A stretch of DNA of 64,000 nt from the NCBI GenBank assembly GCA_964404735.1, contig CAYOLA010000041.1:1310-65309 (forward strand), read 5' to 3'. Below, one piece after another: positions 46,462 through 56,910 of the stretch. Position 1 is the stretch's first letter, and each line of letters begins with the position of its first letter. The notes below the pieces were generated by a model. It did not search any database. It saw only the letters and a list, made by a program, of their open reading frames with translations, and was not told the origin of the DNA. The translations under genes were made by a program, and so were the position numbers. The DNA is from an uncultured Bacteroidales bacterium (GTDB lineage: Bacteria; Bacteroidota; Bacteroidia; Bacteroidales; B18-G4).

Positions 46462-49329
46462 TTAAGCATCAGCATAGTCGTCGGGGCTGCCGCATGTACA
46501 AACCAGGTTACGGTCGCCATAGGCATCGTCGATCCTGGTAACATCCGGCCAGTACTTATCGCGTTCGGGCACACCGTTGGGAAATGCTGCTTCTTTTTTA
46601 CTGTATGGAAAGGCCCATCCGTCATCCATGACCATGGCCAGTGTATGCGGTGCGTTTTTAATCACATTATCCTGTTTGGGGCACCGTCCTTCTTCTATGC
46701 AGCGAATCTCGCTCCGGATAGCCAGCATGGCCTCTACAAAACGCTCGAGTTCAGACAGGGGTTCGCTTTCGGTAGGCTCCACCATAAGGGTGCCCGTAAC
46801 CGGGAATGCCACGGTAGGAGCATGAAAGCCATAGTCCATCAGTCGTTTGGCAATGTCAACCACCGTAAGGTCGGCTGTTTTCAAAAACTGGTTGCAGTCG
46901 ATGATCATTTCGTGCGCCACCCAGCCGTTTTTACCGGTATAGAGTATCTTATAGTTTCCCTCTAATTTCTTTTTTAAATAGTTGGCATTCAGGATGGCAT
47001 ACTGTGTAGCCATTTTCAATCCGTCTTTTCCCAGCATTTTAATATAGCCATATGAGATGGGCAGGATCATGGCGCTGCCGAAAGGCGTGGCGGCCACGGG
47101 GCCGATGGCATTTTCGCCACCGGTGGCGACCACGGGATGTCCGGGAAGGAATGCGGCCAGGTGGGCAGCCACGCCAATGGGGCCTACGCCGGGGCCGCCG
47201 CCACCATGCGGGATGGCAAAGGTCTTATGAAGGTTCAGATGACAAACGTCGGCACCGATCAGCCCGGGGCTGGTAAGCCCAACCTGGGCATTCATATTGG
47301 CACCGTCCATGTATACCTGTCCGCCGTTCTCATGAACAATATCAATGATCCCGAGTATCGATTCTTCAAAGACCCCATGTGTCGAGGGGTAGGTGACCAT
47401 CAATGCCGCCAGCTTATCGTGGTGTTCCACAGCTTTGGCTTTCAGATCTTCAAGATCGATATTGCCCTGTTCATCACACTTCACGATAACCACTTTCATC
47501 CCGGCCATCACGGCACTTGCCGGGTTGGTGCCATGTGCCGAAGAAGGGATAAGGCAAACGTTCCGGTGCCCCTCCCCCCTGCTCTGATGGTAGGCGCTGA
47601 TCACGAGCAGCCCGGTATACTCACCGGAAGCACCCGAGTTAGGCTGAAAGGAGATGGCCTCGAAACCGGTGATCACACAGAGGTCGCGTTCCAGGTTTTC
47701 GATAAGTTCGGCATAGCCACCGGCCTGACCGGCAGGCACAAAGGGATGGATGGCACCAAATTCGGGCCAGCTGAGTGAGAAAAGTTCGGCGGCGGCATTC
47801 AGTTTCATGGTGCATGAGCCCAGCGGGATCATGCTGCGGTTCAGGGCCAGGTCGCGGTTTTCAAGTTTCCTGATATAGCGCATCATCTCTGTTTCGGAAT
47901 GGTAGCTGTTGAAAACCGGCTGTTCCATAAATAAAGATGTGCGCTGCATCCAATCCGGCAAGCTTTCGTTGCAGGCGGTATCGGTTGAAAACTTAAATTC
48001 GGCCCGCTTCACAAAGACCGACAGTATTTCCTGAACATCTTCACCCGAGGTGGTTTCATCCAGGCTGATCCCGATACGCCCGTCGTCGAAGTACCGAAAG
48101 TTTATCTCCCTTTGCAGGGCCTCCTCCATTACTATTTCCAGTTTGATATTGTCTGGCAATGAAAACACGATGGTATCGAAGAAATGCCTGGTATGCAATT
48201 TCATTCCCAGGTCCTTCAATGCTGAAGCCAGGATACATGCATAGTCATTGATGTCGCGCGCAATGGCTATCAGTCCATCCGGCCCGTGGTAAGCTGCGTA
48301 CATGCCGGCCATGGAAGCCAGCAGGGCCTGTGCCGTGCAGATATTTGAGGTAGCCCGCTCTCTTTTAATATGTTGTTCGCGTGTTTGCAGGGCCATGCGC
48401 AGTGCCGGGTTGCCGGCCGCATCTACCGAAAGGCCGATGATCCTGCCGGGAATGCTGCGTTTGTAGTGTTCCCGGGTGGCAAAGTAAGCCGCATGCGGAC
48501 CGCCAAAGCCCATCGGGATGCCAAAGCGCTGGGTGGTGCCAACCACCACGTCGGCTCCCCATTCTCCGGGAGGCGTTAATAGTGCCAGGCTCAGCAGGTC
48601 GGCTGCCACGGCCACGGCAACACCTTTATCATGAGCAGCAGCAACAAGTTTACGATAATCCCTGATCTCGCCAAACTGATCGGGATATTGCAGCAGCATA
48701 CCAAAAAAGCCATCGCCCGGCACAAAGTCTTCGTCGCGGCCTGTTACAACCTCAATACCGAGGGGCAAGGCCCTGGCCTTTACCACAGCAGCGGTTTGCG
48801 GAAACATGCCATTGGAAATAAAGAACTTGTTGACGTTGCCTTTAACCTGATCGCGGCTACGCGAATGGTATAGCATGATCATGGCTTCGGCAGCGGCAGT
48901 TGCCTCATCCAGCAGGGAAGCGTTGGCCAGGGGCATGGCGGTAAGGTCGGCCACCATGGTCTGAAAGTTCAGGAGGGCCTCAAGGCGCCCCTGACTGATC
49001 TCGGCCTGGTAAGGCGTATAGGAAGTATACCAGCCCGGATTTTCCAGGATATTGCGCTGGATCACACCGGGAGTGATGGTATTATAAAAACCCATTCCGA
49101 TATAGGTTTTAAATATTTTATTCCGTGAAGCGATCTCCCGCAAATGCTGAAGATATTCGTATTCGTTCATGCCCGGGGGAAGCGTCAGCTCGCCGTTCAT
49201 CCTGATGGATGCCGGCAAGGTTTCATCCATCAGTTGTTCGAGTGAATGAAGCCCCATGGCCTCCAGCATTGCGGGCACTTCCGCTTCGCGGGGTCCATTA
49301 TGTCTGTTGATGAAATTGTTACTAAGCAT
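46462..49329 (-). CDS. gcvP: Glycine dehydrogenase (decarboxylating), glycine cleavage system P protein
   Basis: About 955-aa single-chain P protein. FINRHNGP sits at the N-terminus and HLNLHKTF holds the PLP Lys. ATG 49329 is preferred; the track start is 49368. Confidence 0.95.
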   Translation of the reverse strand: MLSNNFINRHNGPREAEVPAMLEAMGLHSLEQLMDETLPASIRMNGELTLPPGMNEYEYLQHLREIASRNKIFKTYIGMGFYNTITPGVIQRNILENPGWYTSYTPYQAEISQGRLEALLNFQTMVADLTAMPLANASLLDEATAAAEAMIMLYHSRSRDQVKGNVNKFFISNGMFPQTAAVVKARALPLGIEVVTGRDEDFVPGDGFFGMLLQYPDQFGEIRDYRKLVAAAHDKGVAVAVAADLLSLALLTPPGEWGADVVVGTTQRFGIPMGFGGPHAAYFATREHYKRSIPGRIIGLSVDAAGNPALRMALQTREQHIKRERATSNICTAQALLASMAGMYAAYHGPDGLIAIARDINDYACILASALKDLGMKLHTRHFFDTIVFSLPDNIKLEIVMEEALQREINFRYFDDGRIGISLDETTSGEDVQEILSVFVKRAEFKFSTDTACNESLPDWMQRTSLFMEQPVFNSYHSETEMMRYIRKLENRDLALNRSMIPLGSCTMKLNAAAELFSLSWPEFGAIHPFVPAGQAGGYAELIENLERDLCVITGFEAISFQPNSGASGEYTGLLVISAYHQSRGEGHRNVCLIPSSAHGTNPASAVMAGMKVVIVKCDEQGNIDLEDLKAKAVEHHDKLAALMVTYPSTHGVFEESILGIIDIVHENGGQVYMDGANMNAQVGLTSPGLIGADVCHLNLHKTFAIPHGGGGPGVGPIGVAAHLAAFLPGHPVVATGGENAIGPVAATPFGSAMILPISYGYIKMLGKDGLKMATQYAILNANYLKKKLEGNYKILYTGKNGWVAHEMIIDCNQFLKTADLTVVDIAKRLMDYGFHAPTVAFPVTGTLMVEPTESEPLSELERFVEAMLAIRSEIRCIEEGRCPKQDNVIKNAPHTLAMVMDDGWAFPYSKKEAAFPNGVPERDKYWPDVTRIDDAYGDRNLVCTCGSPDDYADA

Positions 49330-49390
49330 ACATGCTGATTTTAGTGTTTTTAGCCAGGAAGCAACCATTTCCCGGATGGTCCTTCATTAA

Positions 49391-49427
49391 AAAATTTTAA
49401 AAAAAATTGCCGGTCAACGGCGACCGG
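49391..49427 (-). terminator. Terminator-like hairpin plus T-tract in the gcvP 5' leader (possible attenuator)
   Basis: The minus strand reads CCGGTCG-CCGT-TGACCGG followed by CAATTTTTTTTAAAATTTTTT. It lies between a TATTTTTG box and the gcvP start. Confidence 0.35.
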
Positions 49428-49461
49428 AAAGTGTGTGTTAAGGGTTCGGCGTTTGTAATCG

Positions 49462-49469
49462 CAAAAATA
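49462..49469 (-). promoter_or_regulatory. Candidate -7 box TATTTTTG (minus strand) for gcvP
   Basis: The reverse complement of 49462-49469 matches TAnnTTTG. Confidence 0.4.
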
Positions 49470-49731
49470 ATAATCTTAAACATAAAAACCCGAATGCAGT
49501 TCAATATTTGTGAAAAAGTTAACAATCGTAAAAGTTTGCTCTCAGAAATGCCTGATACACAGTTCAGGCAAAAAGAATACTACCAAAATCCAAATGCTTT
49601 ACAGGAATTTACAAAATGGTGGTCGGGCATTCTTGTAAATGCAGTAAAAAGATTGGCCGGCCTTTCGGCCTGTTGTGAAAAAAATTTTTAATACTTTTAT
49701 CAATTCAAAGAGGAGCACGATCAGTAAAGGC

Positions 49732-50319
49732 ATGAAAAAAATAAGGTTAGAGATAATTGCGATGAGTTACAGCCAGTCGCAAACCGGTGCATATGCCCTG
49801 ATACTGGGTGAATACAAGGGGGTAAGGAGGCTGCCGATCATTATCGGGGGGTTTGAGGCACAGGCCATTGCGATGGAACTTGAAAAAATGAAGCCCTCGC
49901 GTCCGCTCACACATGATCTTTTTAAAAACTTCGCTGAACATTACAACATTCATTTGAAAGAAGTGATCATCGACCAGTTTGCTGAAGGCGTATTCTTTGC
50001 CAAGCTTCATTGCCTGCAGGGTGACGAAGAAAGCGAAATTGATGCAAGAACCTCCGATGCTGTCGCCCTCGCGCTCCGCTTTCGATGTCCTATTTATACT
50101 TACGAAAATATTTTAATGGAGGCTGGTGTGGGAGAAGGTGATAAAATTGAAGGAATACAGGAACCCAAAAAAGATGACAAGCCTGAACCCCATGAAAAAG
50201 GGGAGTTTTCAAAATATTCAATTGAACAACTGAACGAAATTCTTGAAAAATCAATTGAAAAGGAAGAGTACGAAAAAGCCTCCAGGATCAGGGATGAAAT
50301 CAACAGGCGCAAAAAATAA
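49732..50319 (+). CDS. Bifunctional nuclease (BFN/DUF151) family protein with C-terminal UVR motif
   Basis: It has RLPIIIGGFEAQAI, RPLTHDL and DARTSDAVALALR, with a C-terminal EEYEKASRIRDEI (UvrB/C-like). ATG 49732 is preferred over GTG 49675. Confidence 0.8.
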   Translation: MKKIRLEIIAMSYSQSQTGAYALILGEYKGVRRLPIIIGGFEAQAIAMELEKMKPSRPLTHDLFKNFAEHYNIHLKEVIIDQFAEGVFFAKLHCLQGDEESEIDARTSDAVALALRFRCPIYTYENILMEAGVGEGDKIEGIQEPKKDDKPEPHEKGEFSKYSIEQLNEILEKSIEKEEYEKASRIRDEINRRKK

Positions 50320-50392
50320 TAAAAGCGGACTTCATGCCCGGACCTTGTCACCGCTGCCTAAGTAGCGATGGCAATTTTTATTCTGTCACAAT

Positions 50393-51790
50393 ATGATAAA
50401 AAAAACATTAATGTCGGGCATGTTCTGCCTGTTTCCCCTGGCCGGACTGCTGGCACAGGAAGTTAACACAGCCGCTTCACCCAGCCTTGGATTCTCATAT
50501 GTTTCATTGCTGCGCGGTATTCTGGGGATTTGCATCCTGCTCGGCCTCGGATACCTGGCCAGCAGCAGGCGAAGGGCCATCGCCTGGAAGGTGATCGGCA
50601 TGGGGCTGGCCGTTCAGTTCGTCATCGCCATTATTGTGCTAAAGGTACCCTTGTTTCAGCATGTGATCGAATTTTTGGGCAAGGTATTCCTCAAAATTTT
50701 GGACTTTACCCAGGAAGGCACTTCCTTCCTGCTCTCTTCATTCATCTCCGGTGAGGTCGAATCGCCCCTGATCAATTTTGCCTTCTGGATCCTACCCACC
50801 ATCATCTTTTTCTCAGCCATTACGAGCATCCTTTTCTATTACGGCATCATACAAAAAGTAGTTTACGGGCTGGCCTGGCTGCTAAAAAAAGCCCTGGGCA
50901 TCAGCGGGGCCGAAAGCCTGTCGGCCACGGCCAACATCTTTCTCGGACAAACCGAATCGCCCCTGATGATCAAGGAGTACCTTAAAAAGATGAACCGTTC
51001 GGAGATCATGCTGGTGATGACCGGCGGGATGGCAACCATTGCCGGCGGCGTCCTGGCCATATACATTGGCATGCTGGGCGGTAACGACCCCGTAAGCCAG
51101 CTCCTGTTTGCCAAACACCTGATCACGGCCTCGGTGATGGCTGCACCGGGCGCGGTGGTGGCAGCCAAGCTGCTGGTACCACAGACCGAAGCCATCGAAA
51201 GCGAGATCAGTATTACAAAAGACAGTATCGGCTCCAACCTCCTCGATGCCATCTCCAACGGAACACAACAGGGCATCAAACTGGCAATTAACGTTGCAGC
51301 CATGTTGCTGGTGTTTATCGCCCTCATTGCCCTGGTCAACTTCTCACTGATGAAGATCGGCGACTGGACCAACCTGAACGATATGATCGTAGCACTCACC
51401 GGCGGGCAATACGACGGGCTGAGCATGCAGTTTATCCTGGGCTATGCCCTGGCACCCCTGACATGGGCCATTGGTGTCAGCCCGGAGGACATGGCCCTGG
51501 TCGGACAACTTTTTGGCGAAAAGATCATCCTGAATGAACTCATTGCCTATAAGAGCATGAGAGACCTTATTGTTGTGGGGGCATTCGCAAGCGAAAAATC
51601 CATGATCATGGCCACATACATTCTCTGCGGTTTTGCCAACTTTTCGTCCATCGGCATCCTTATCGGCGGCATCGGAGCCCTGGCACCCAACCGCAGGGTG
51701 ATGCTTTCACAACTGGGCCTGCGCGCCATGGTCGGCGGGGCACTCGCATCACTCTTTTCTGCCACCATGGTAGGCATGATACTCGGCTAA
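50393..51790 (+). CDS. NupC/CNT-family Na+/H+-dependent nucleoside transporter
   Basis: 465-aa polytopic protein. NIFLGQTESPL and GGMATIAGGVL are motifs typical of concentrative nucleoside transporters. Confidence 0.8.
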   Translation: MIKKTLMSGMFCLFPLAGLLAQEVNTAASPSLGFSYVSLLRGILGICILLGLGYLASSRRRAIAWKVIGMGLAVQFVIAIIVLKVPLFQHVIEFLGKVFLKILDFTQEGTSFLLSSFISGEVESPLINFAFWILPTIIFFSAITSILFYYGIIQKVVYGLAWLLKKALGISGAESLSATANIFLGQTESPLMIKEYLKKMNRSEIMLVMTGGMATIAGGVLAIYIGMLGGNDPVSQLLFAKHLITASVMAAPGAVVAAKLLVPQTEAIESEISITKDSIGSNLLDAISNGTQQGIKLAINVAAMLLVFIALIALVNFSLMKIGDWTNLNDMIVALTGGQYDGLSMQFILGYALAPLTWAIGVSPEDMALVGQLFGEKIILNELIAYKSMRDLIVVGAFASEKSMIMATYILCGFANFSSIGILIGGIGALAPNRRVMLSQLGLRAMVGGALASLFSATMVGMILG

Positions 51791-51809
51791 CATTAATGGA
51801 AATTATTTC

Positions 51810-53072
51810 ATGAAAACAATAAACCTGACCAAACAATTATGCATATTCGCAGCGGCCATTAGCTTTAGCCTCCTCACATCCTGCACGACATCGCCTGGTC
51901 ACCAGGCCACACTATCCGACAGGGCAGCGGATCTACACGCCAGGATCGTCAGCATCGACTCTCATACCGATACCCCCCTTTGGATGAGCAGGGAGGGCTT
52001 TGATATCGGTGTGGACAACAGCGAAGCCTTTCCGGGCAGCAAGGTCGACCTGGTCCGCATGGAAAAGGGTAGCCTCGACGCCTGTTTTTTTGCCGTTTTC
52101 GTAGGACAGGGAAAACGCGATGCGGATGCCTATGAAACTGTCCGCAAACGTGCCACGGCCATGTTCGACACCATCCACCAGGCCATTGGCAGGTATCCCG
52201 AAAAGGCCGCCATAGCCCTGAAGGCAGACGATGCACGCAGGCTCAAGGAAGAAGGGAAAAGAGCCATTTTTATTGGCATGGAGAACGGTTATCCCATCGG
52301 CATGGATATCAGTATGATCGAAAACTATTATGGCTTAGGGGCCAGGTATATTACCCTTTGTCATACAAAAAACAACGACATCTGCGATTCCTCCACCGAC
52401 GATGAAGGTCCCGAACACGGCGGCCTGAGCGCATTCGGTGCCGAAGTGGTCAGGGAGATGAACCGCCTGGGCATCATGGTGGACCTTTCACATGCCTCTG
52501 ACGAAACCTTTTATGATGTGCTTGACATTTCGGCTACGCCGGTCATCGCCTCGCATTCATGTGCCAGGGCCATTTGTGACAATCCCCGCAACCTCAACGA
52601 CAGGATGCTGAAAGCGCTGGCCCGCAATAACGGGGTGATACAGATGTGCATCCTCAGTTCCTACGTTGAAATGCCGGCACCAAACCCCGCACGCGACAGC
52701 GCCATGCAGGCCCTGCGCGAAAAATACAACAACTGGCAGGACCTTAGCGATGAGGAACTGAAGGCAGCCCGACAGGAATGGCAGGAGGTGAACATCAACT
52801 TTCCGCGTATCCTCAGCACAGTAGAAAAAGTGGTTGACCATATCGACCACATCGTTGATATAGCGGGCATCGACCATGTCGGCATCGGCACCGACTTCGA
52901 CGGCGGCGGCGGCGTGAATGGCTGTATGGATGCAGGTGAATTGAAGAATATTACCCTGGAATTGCTCAGCAGGGGATACAGCGACCAGGATATTGAAAAG
53001 ATTTGGGGCGGTAATTTGCTGCGTGTAATGAAACAGGCTGAGGACTATGCCACCGGAATGAGCAGCCATTAA
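51810..53072 (+). CDS. Membrane dipeptidase (peptidase family M19), lipoprotein
   Basis: Lipobox LLTSC. It has IDSHTDTP, LCHTKNN, DLSHASD and GIGTDFDGGG metal-ligand motifs. Confidence 0.85.
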   Translation: MKTINLTKQLCIFAAAISFSLLTSCTTSPGHQATLSDRAADLHARIVSIDSHTDTPLWMSREGFDIGVDNSEAFPGSKVDLVRMEKGSLDACFFAVFVGQGKRDADAYETVRKRATAMFDTIHQAIGRYPEKAAIALKADDARRLKEEGKRAIFIGMENGYPIGMDISMIENYYGLGARYITLCHTKNNDICDSSTDDEGPEHGGLSAFGAEVVREMNRLGIMVDLSHASDETFYDVLDISATPVIASHSCARAICDNPRNLNDRMLKALARNNGVIQMCILSSYVEMPAPNPARDSAMQALREKYNNWQDLSDEELKAARQEWQEVNINFPRILSTVEKVVDHIDHIVDIAGIDHVGIGTDFDGGGGVNGCMDAGELKNITLELLSRGYSDQDIEKIWGGNLLRVMKQAEDYATGMSSH

Positions 53073-53141
53073 TAAATTTTACCGGGGTATCCGGACTGTA
53101 AACACCGGAACTGAAGAATAACATTTTTGTAAAGCATTATC

Positions 53142-53936
53142 ATGAAACAATACCTTGACCTCCTCGATCATGTCATGACCCATGGCGTCAGGAAAAATGA
53201 CCGTACCGGCACCGGCACCATCAGCACCTTCGGGTACCAGATGCGTTTTGATCTTCAACAGGGCTTTCCGGTGCTGACCACCAAAAAACTCCATTTGCGT
53301 TCAATCATCTATGAATTATTATGGTTTTTGCGGGGCGATACCAATATCCGGTTCCTGAACGATCACGGAGTGACCATCTGGGACGAATGGGCCGATGCAA
53401 ACGGAGAACTGGGGCACATATACGGTTACCAGTGGCGTTCGTGGCCTGCAGCCGACGGCAGCCATATCGACCAGGTGGCGGGGCTGATCAGGAGCATCAG
53501 GGAAGACCCGGATTCGCGGCGACACATCCTCAGTGCATGGAATGTGGGTGAGCTCGACCAAATGGCCCTTCCACCCTGCCATGTGCTCTTTCAGTTCTAT
53601 GTGAGCGAAGGAAAACTCTCGTGCCAGCTATACCAGCGCAGTTGCGACATATTCCTGGGAGTCCCTTTCAACATCGCCTCCTATGCCCTGCTCACCATGA
53701 TGATGGCACGCACAACCGGACTTGAGCCCGGCGAATTCATCCATACCCTGGGCGATGCGCACATCTACCTGAACCATGTGGAGCAGGTAAAACTGCAACT
53801 TACGCGCAAGCCTTACCCCCTGCCACAGATGAAGTTAAACCCGGCCGTGATGAATATATTCGATTTCAGCTATGAAGACTTTGTGCTAACCGGATACCAG
53901 TCGCATCCCCACATCAAAGGAGAAATTTCCGTTTAA
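53142..53936 (+). CDS. thyA: Thymidylate synthase
   Basis: 264 aa with DRTGTGT, ALPPCH (catalytic Cys) and QRSCD. Confidence 0.97.
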   Translation: MKQYLDLLDHVMTHGVRKNDRTGTGTISTFGYQMRFDLQQGFPVLTTKKLHLRSIIYELLWFLRGDTNIRFLNDHGVTIWDEWADANGELGHIYGYQWRSWPAADGSHIDQVAGLIRSIREDPDSRRHILSAWNVGELDQMALPPCHVLFQFYVSEGKLSCQLYQRSCDIFLGVPFNIASYALLTMMMARTTGLEPGEFIHTLGDAHIYLNHVEQVKLQLTRKPYPLPQMKLNPAVMNIFDFSYEDFVLTGYQSHPHIKGEISV

Positions 53937-53948
53937 ACAGACTAAGGG

Positions 53949-53972
53949 CAACGGAGCTTGCAAGCCCCGTTG
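53949..53972. terminator. Hairpin between convergent thyA and hppA (possible bidirectional terminator)
   Basis: CAACGGAG-CTTGCAAG-CCCCGTTG forms a 6-7 bp stem. There is no clear U-tract on either side. Confidence 0.3.
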
Positions 53973-53974
53973 GC

Positions 53975-56170
53975 TTAAAACACCAATCCTGCCATGGTAA
54001 GCGCGATGATCGAGATCAGCTTAAGCAGGATATTGAGCGAGGGGCCGGAAGTATCTTTCAACGGGTCACCGACGGTATCGCCGACAACGGCAGCCTTATG
54101 GGCATCTGAGCCTTTACCGTACTTTTTACCCTGATAGTTAAATCCGCTTTCGATCAGCTTTTTGGCATTATCCCATGCACTGCCGGTATTCGACTGGAAG
54201 ATGGCAAACAGCACGCCCGAAACGGTTACACCGGCCAATAAGCCTCCCAGGGCCTCGGCGCCCAGTGTCAGCCCGATCACGATGGGGAACAACACGGCAA
54301 TGGCACCCGGAAGCACCATATGGCGAATGGCTGCCGTGGTTGATATCTTCACGCATTTGGCATATTCGGCCTTGCCATCGGCAGCTTCAAAAACGGCCTG
54401 ATCTTCTTTCGACCATTCACTATGCGGCTTATCCCCATTCTTCCGCATCATTTCCAATGCATTTTTAAGGGGAAGAATCTCGGCAAACTGCCTTCTCACC
54501 TCCTGTATCATCGATTTGGCAGCCTTGCTCACCGCATTGATGGTCAAGGCTGAAAAGATATATGGAAGCATGGCACCCAGGAAGAGGCAGGCCATCACCA
54601 CCGAATTGGAGACATCTATGAAAGTGATCTTTGCTGCTGTCATATAGGCACCGAACAGGGCCAGGGCGGTGAGCGCAGCGGAGCCGATGGCAAAGCCCCT
54701 GCCAATTGCAGCGGTGGTATTGCCAACAGCATCGAGCCTGTCAGTCCTTTCTCTCACTTCACCGGGCAGTTCAGACATTTCGGCGATCCCGCCTGCATTG
54801 TCGGATATGGGACCGTATGCATCGACCGATAACTGCATCCCGAGATTTGAAAGCATACCCACTGCAGCAATGGCGATGCCGTAAAGGCCAGCCAACTCGA
54901 ACACCAGGATGATGGTAATGGCGAGGACGATCACGGGAATCACGGTAGAGAACATTCCCATGGCCAGTCCGGAAATAATATTGGTGGCTGTTCCGGTGGT
55001 TGACTGCCTTGCGATATCACGCACAGGGAGGTAATTCACGCCGGTAAAATATTCTGTGGCATAGCCGATGGCGATCCCTGCCACCAGCCCCACTACCGTA
55101 GAAATAAACACATTGATGGAAGACATTTCCCTGAGCACACCACCGTACAGTGTATCGTGGAATGACCATGTTGCAGGGAGCACCCAGGTTATGATAAGGT
55201 ATGAAAATGCAACCATGATAAGGGCTGATATGATCTGCCCCTTGTTAAGCGCGTTTTGCGGGTTTCCTCCTTCTTTCACATTGATGAAGAAAGTACCGAC
55301 AATTGATGCCACCACACCTGCACCGGCCAGAAAGAGCGGCAGCAGCACTGCCGACATGCCGTTGAATGCATCAGCAAAGGTGCCCGTCATGAAAACAGCG
55401 CCCAGCACCATGGCAGCAATGATGGATCCAACATACGACTCGAAGAGGTCGGCGCCCATGCCGGCCACATCGCCTACGTTGTCGCCCACATTATCAGCAA
55501 CGGTAGCCGGATTCAAGGGATGATCCTCGGGAATGCCGGCCTCAACCTTGCCAACCAGGTCGGCGCCAACATCGGCAGCCTTGGTATAGATACCCCCGCC
55601 CACCCTTGCAAAAAGGGCAATGGTGGAAGCTCCGAATGAAAAACCGGTAAGGATGCCGATGACCCGCGACAATTCCATATAGGTTTCTGTTCCAAAAAGG
55701 TGGCTGTACAAAATGAACAACAGGCTCAATCCAAGGATTCCCAGTCCCACAACGCTCAACCCCATGACACTGCCGCCCATAAAAGCGACTTTCAACGCAC
55801 GGTTGAGGCCGGTACGGGCGGCATGGGCCGTCCGGACATTGGCCTTGGTGGCAATACGCATGCCCAGAAAACCGGCCAGGCCTGAACAGATGGCACCGAC
55901 CACAAACGAAAGGGCGATAAGCGGCGAAGTTGTTTCACCCTTGGCCGTGATGAAGAGGACAACAGCCAGTGAAAGAACAAATACCGACAATACTTTATAC
56001 TCAGACTTAAGGAAGGCAAGTGCACCCTGCACAATGTATGAAGATATCTTCTTCATCTTGTCGGTGCCGGCATCCTGCCTCGAAATCCAACTCGACTTCA
56101 ATACCGTGTACAACATGGCCAGAAGTCCGAAAACCGGAATTAAATAAATGAGCAGTAATGTGTTTTCCAT
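53975..56170 (-). CDS. hppA: Membrane-bound ion-translocating pyrophosphatase
   Basis: 731 aa with about 16 TM helices. It has [17 protein letters not shown] and DNVGDNVGD motifs. Confidence 0.95.
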   Translation of the reverse strand: MENTLLLIYLIPVFGLLAMLYTVLKSSWISRQDAGTDKMKKISSYIVQGALAFLKSEYKVLSVFVLSLAVVLFITAKGETTSPLIALSFVVGAICSGLAGFLGMRIATKANVRTAHAARTGLNRALKVAFMGGSVMGLSVVGLGILGLSLLFILYSHLFGTETYMELSRVIGILTGFSFGASTIALFARVGGGIYTKAADVGADLVGKVEAGIPEDHPLNPATVADNVGDNVGDVAGMGADLFESYVGSIIAAMVLGAVFMTGTFADAFNGMSAVLLPLFLAGAGVVASIVGTFFINVKEGGNPQNALNKGQIISALIMVAFSYLIITWVLPATWSFHDTLYGGVLREMSSINVFISTVVGLVAGIAIGYATEYFTGVNYLPVRDIARQSTTGTATNIISGLAMGMFSTVIPVIVLAITIILVFELAGLYGIAIAAVGMLSNLGMQLSVDAYGPISDNAGGIAEMSELPGEVRERTDRLDAVGNTTAAIGRGFAIGSAALTALALFGAYMTAAKITFIDVSNSVVMACLFLGAMLPYIFSALTINAVSKAAKSMIQEVRRQFAEILPLKNALEMMRKNGDKPHSEWSKEDQAVFEAADGKAEYAKCVKISTTAAIRHMVLPGAIAVLFPIVIGLTLGAEALGGLLAGVTVSGVLFAIFQSNTGSAWDNAKKLIESGFNYQGKKYGKGSDAHKAAVVGDTVGDPLKDTSGPSLNILLKLISIIALTMAGLVF

Positions 56171-56383
56171 GAGGTTGATTTTTTTAATTTGAAATAAAAA
56201 AATTTTCCTGCGAATCTATAAAATTAATTTTATATAGAAAACTTTATATCAGATTTTGAAGCCGGGTTGCCAAAAAAAAAGGACTAAGCAGGCAAACCTT
56301 TGCAGGAATGGCATTTCAGAACAATGAAGCTTGCCGGGAATGAACCGTATCCTGAAATTACGGGGGCCACTTAAAAACTTTCC

Positions 56384-56391
56384 TATTTTTG
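56384..56391 (+). promoter_or_regulatory. Candidate -7 box TATTTTTG upstream of folA
   Basis: It matches TAnnTTTG and overlaps the ORF-track start 56389, which supports ATG 56416 as the true start. Confidence 0.45.
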
Positions 56392-56415
56392 CATATCAAT
56401 AAAACCATATATAAG

Positions 56416-56910
56416 ATGCCTATCTCTATTATTGTTGCTGTTGCCGAAAACCATGCCATTGGCAAGGACAACGAGTTGTTGTGGCATATATCCGATGACC
56501 TGAAACGGTTTAAGAAAATCACTTCGGGGCACCCCGTGATCATGGGCAGGAACACTTTTCTCTCGCTTCCGCTAAGGCCGCTGCCCGGGCGCACGAATAT
56601 CGTGATCACCGACAACAAAGCCGAACAATTTGATGGTTGTATCATGGCCTTCTCCATTGAGGATGCACTTGCAAAATGCCCTTTGGGCGAAGAGTGTTTT
56701 ATCATAGGAGGGGGATCGGTGTACAGGCAGTTTTTGCCCCTGGCCGACAAGCTTTACATAACCCGCGTAAAGCGAAGTTACGAAGCCGATACATTTTTCC
56801 CGGAAATCGATGAAAAGGAATGGAAGCTCATTGAGCAGGAAGACCATGTTGACGCACAAAATAATTCACTGCCATACTCGTTCGAAACATATACGAGAAA
56901 AAACAGCTGA
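56416..56910 (+). CDS. folA: Dihydrofolate reductase
   Basis: 164 aa with IIVAVAENHAIGKDNELLWH, LKRFKKIT.GHPVIMGRNTF and IIGGGSVY. Confidence 0.95.
   Translation: MPISIIVAVAENHAIGKDNELLWHISDDLKRFKKITSGHPVIMGRNTFLSLPLRPLPGRTNIVITDNKAEQFDGCIMAFSIEDALAKCPLGEECFIIGGGSVYRQFLPLADKLYITRVKRSYEADTFFPEIDEKEWKLIEQEDHVDAQNNSLPYSFETYTRKNS

Noticed and set aside
49541-49585. TTCAGGCAAAAAGAATAC, which resembles the CUCAGGCAAAAGGAC segment of glycine riboswitches
   Set aside because: It is on the plus strand, the wrong strand for gcvP, and faces the nuclease-family gene. The other conserved aptamer elements (GGAGAG, ACCGAAGGGGCAA) are absent on both strands. I consider it a chance resemblance.
49407-49691. 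94-aa ORF in the gcvP/BFN divergent intergenic region
   Set aside because: The region is AT-rich, there is no motif, and the ORF overlaps the putative promoter and leader elements of both flanking genes. It is most likely non-coding.
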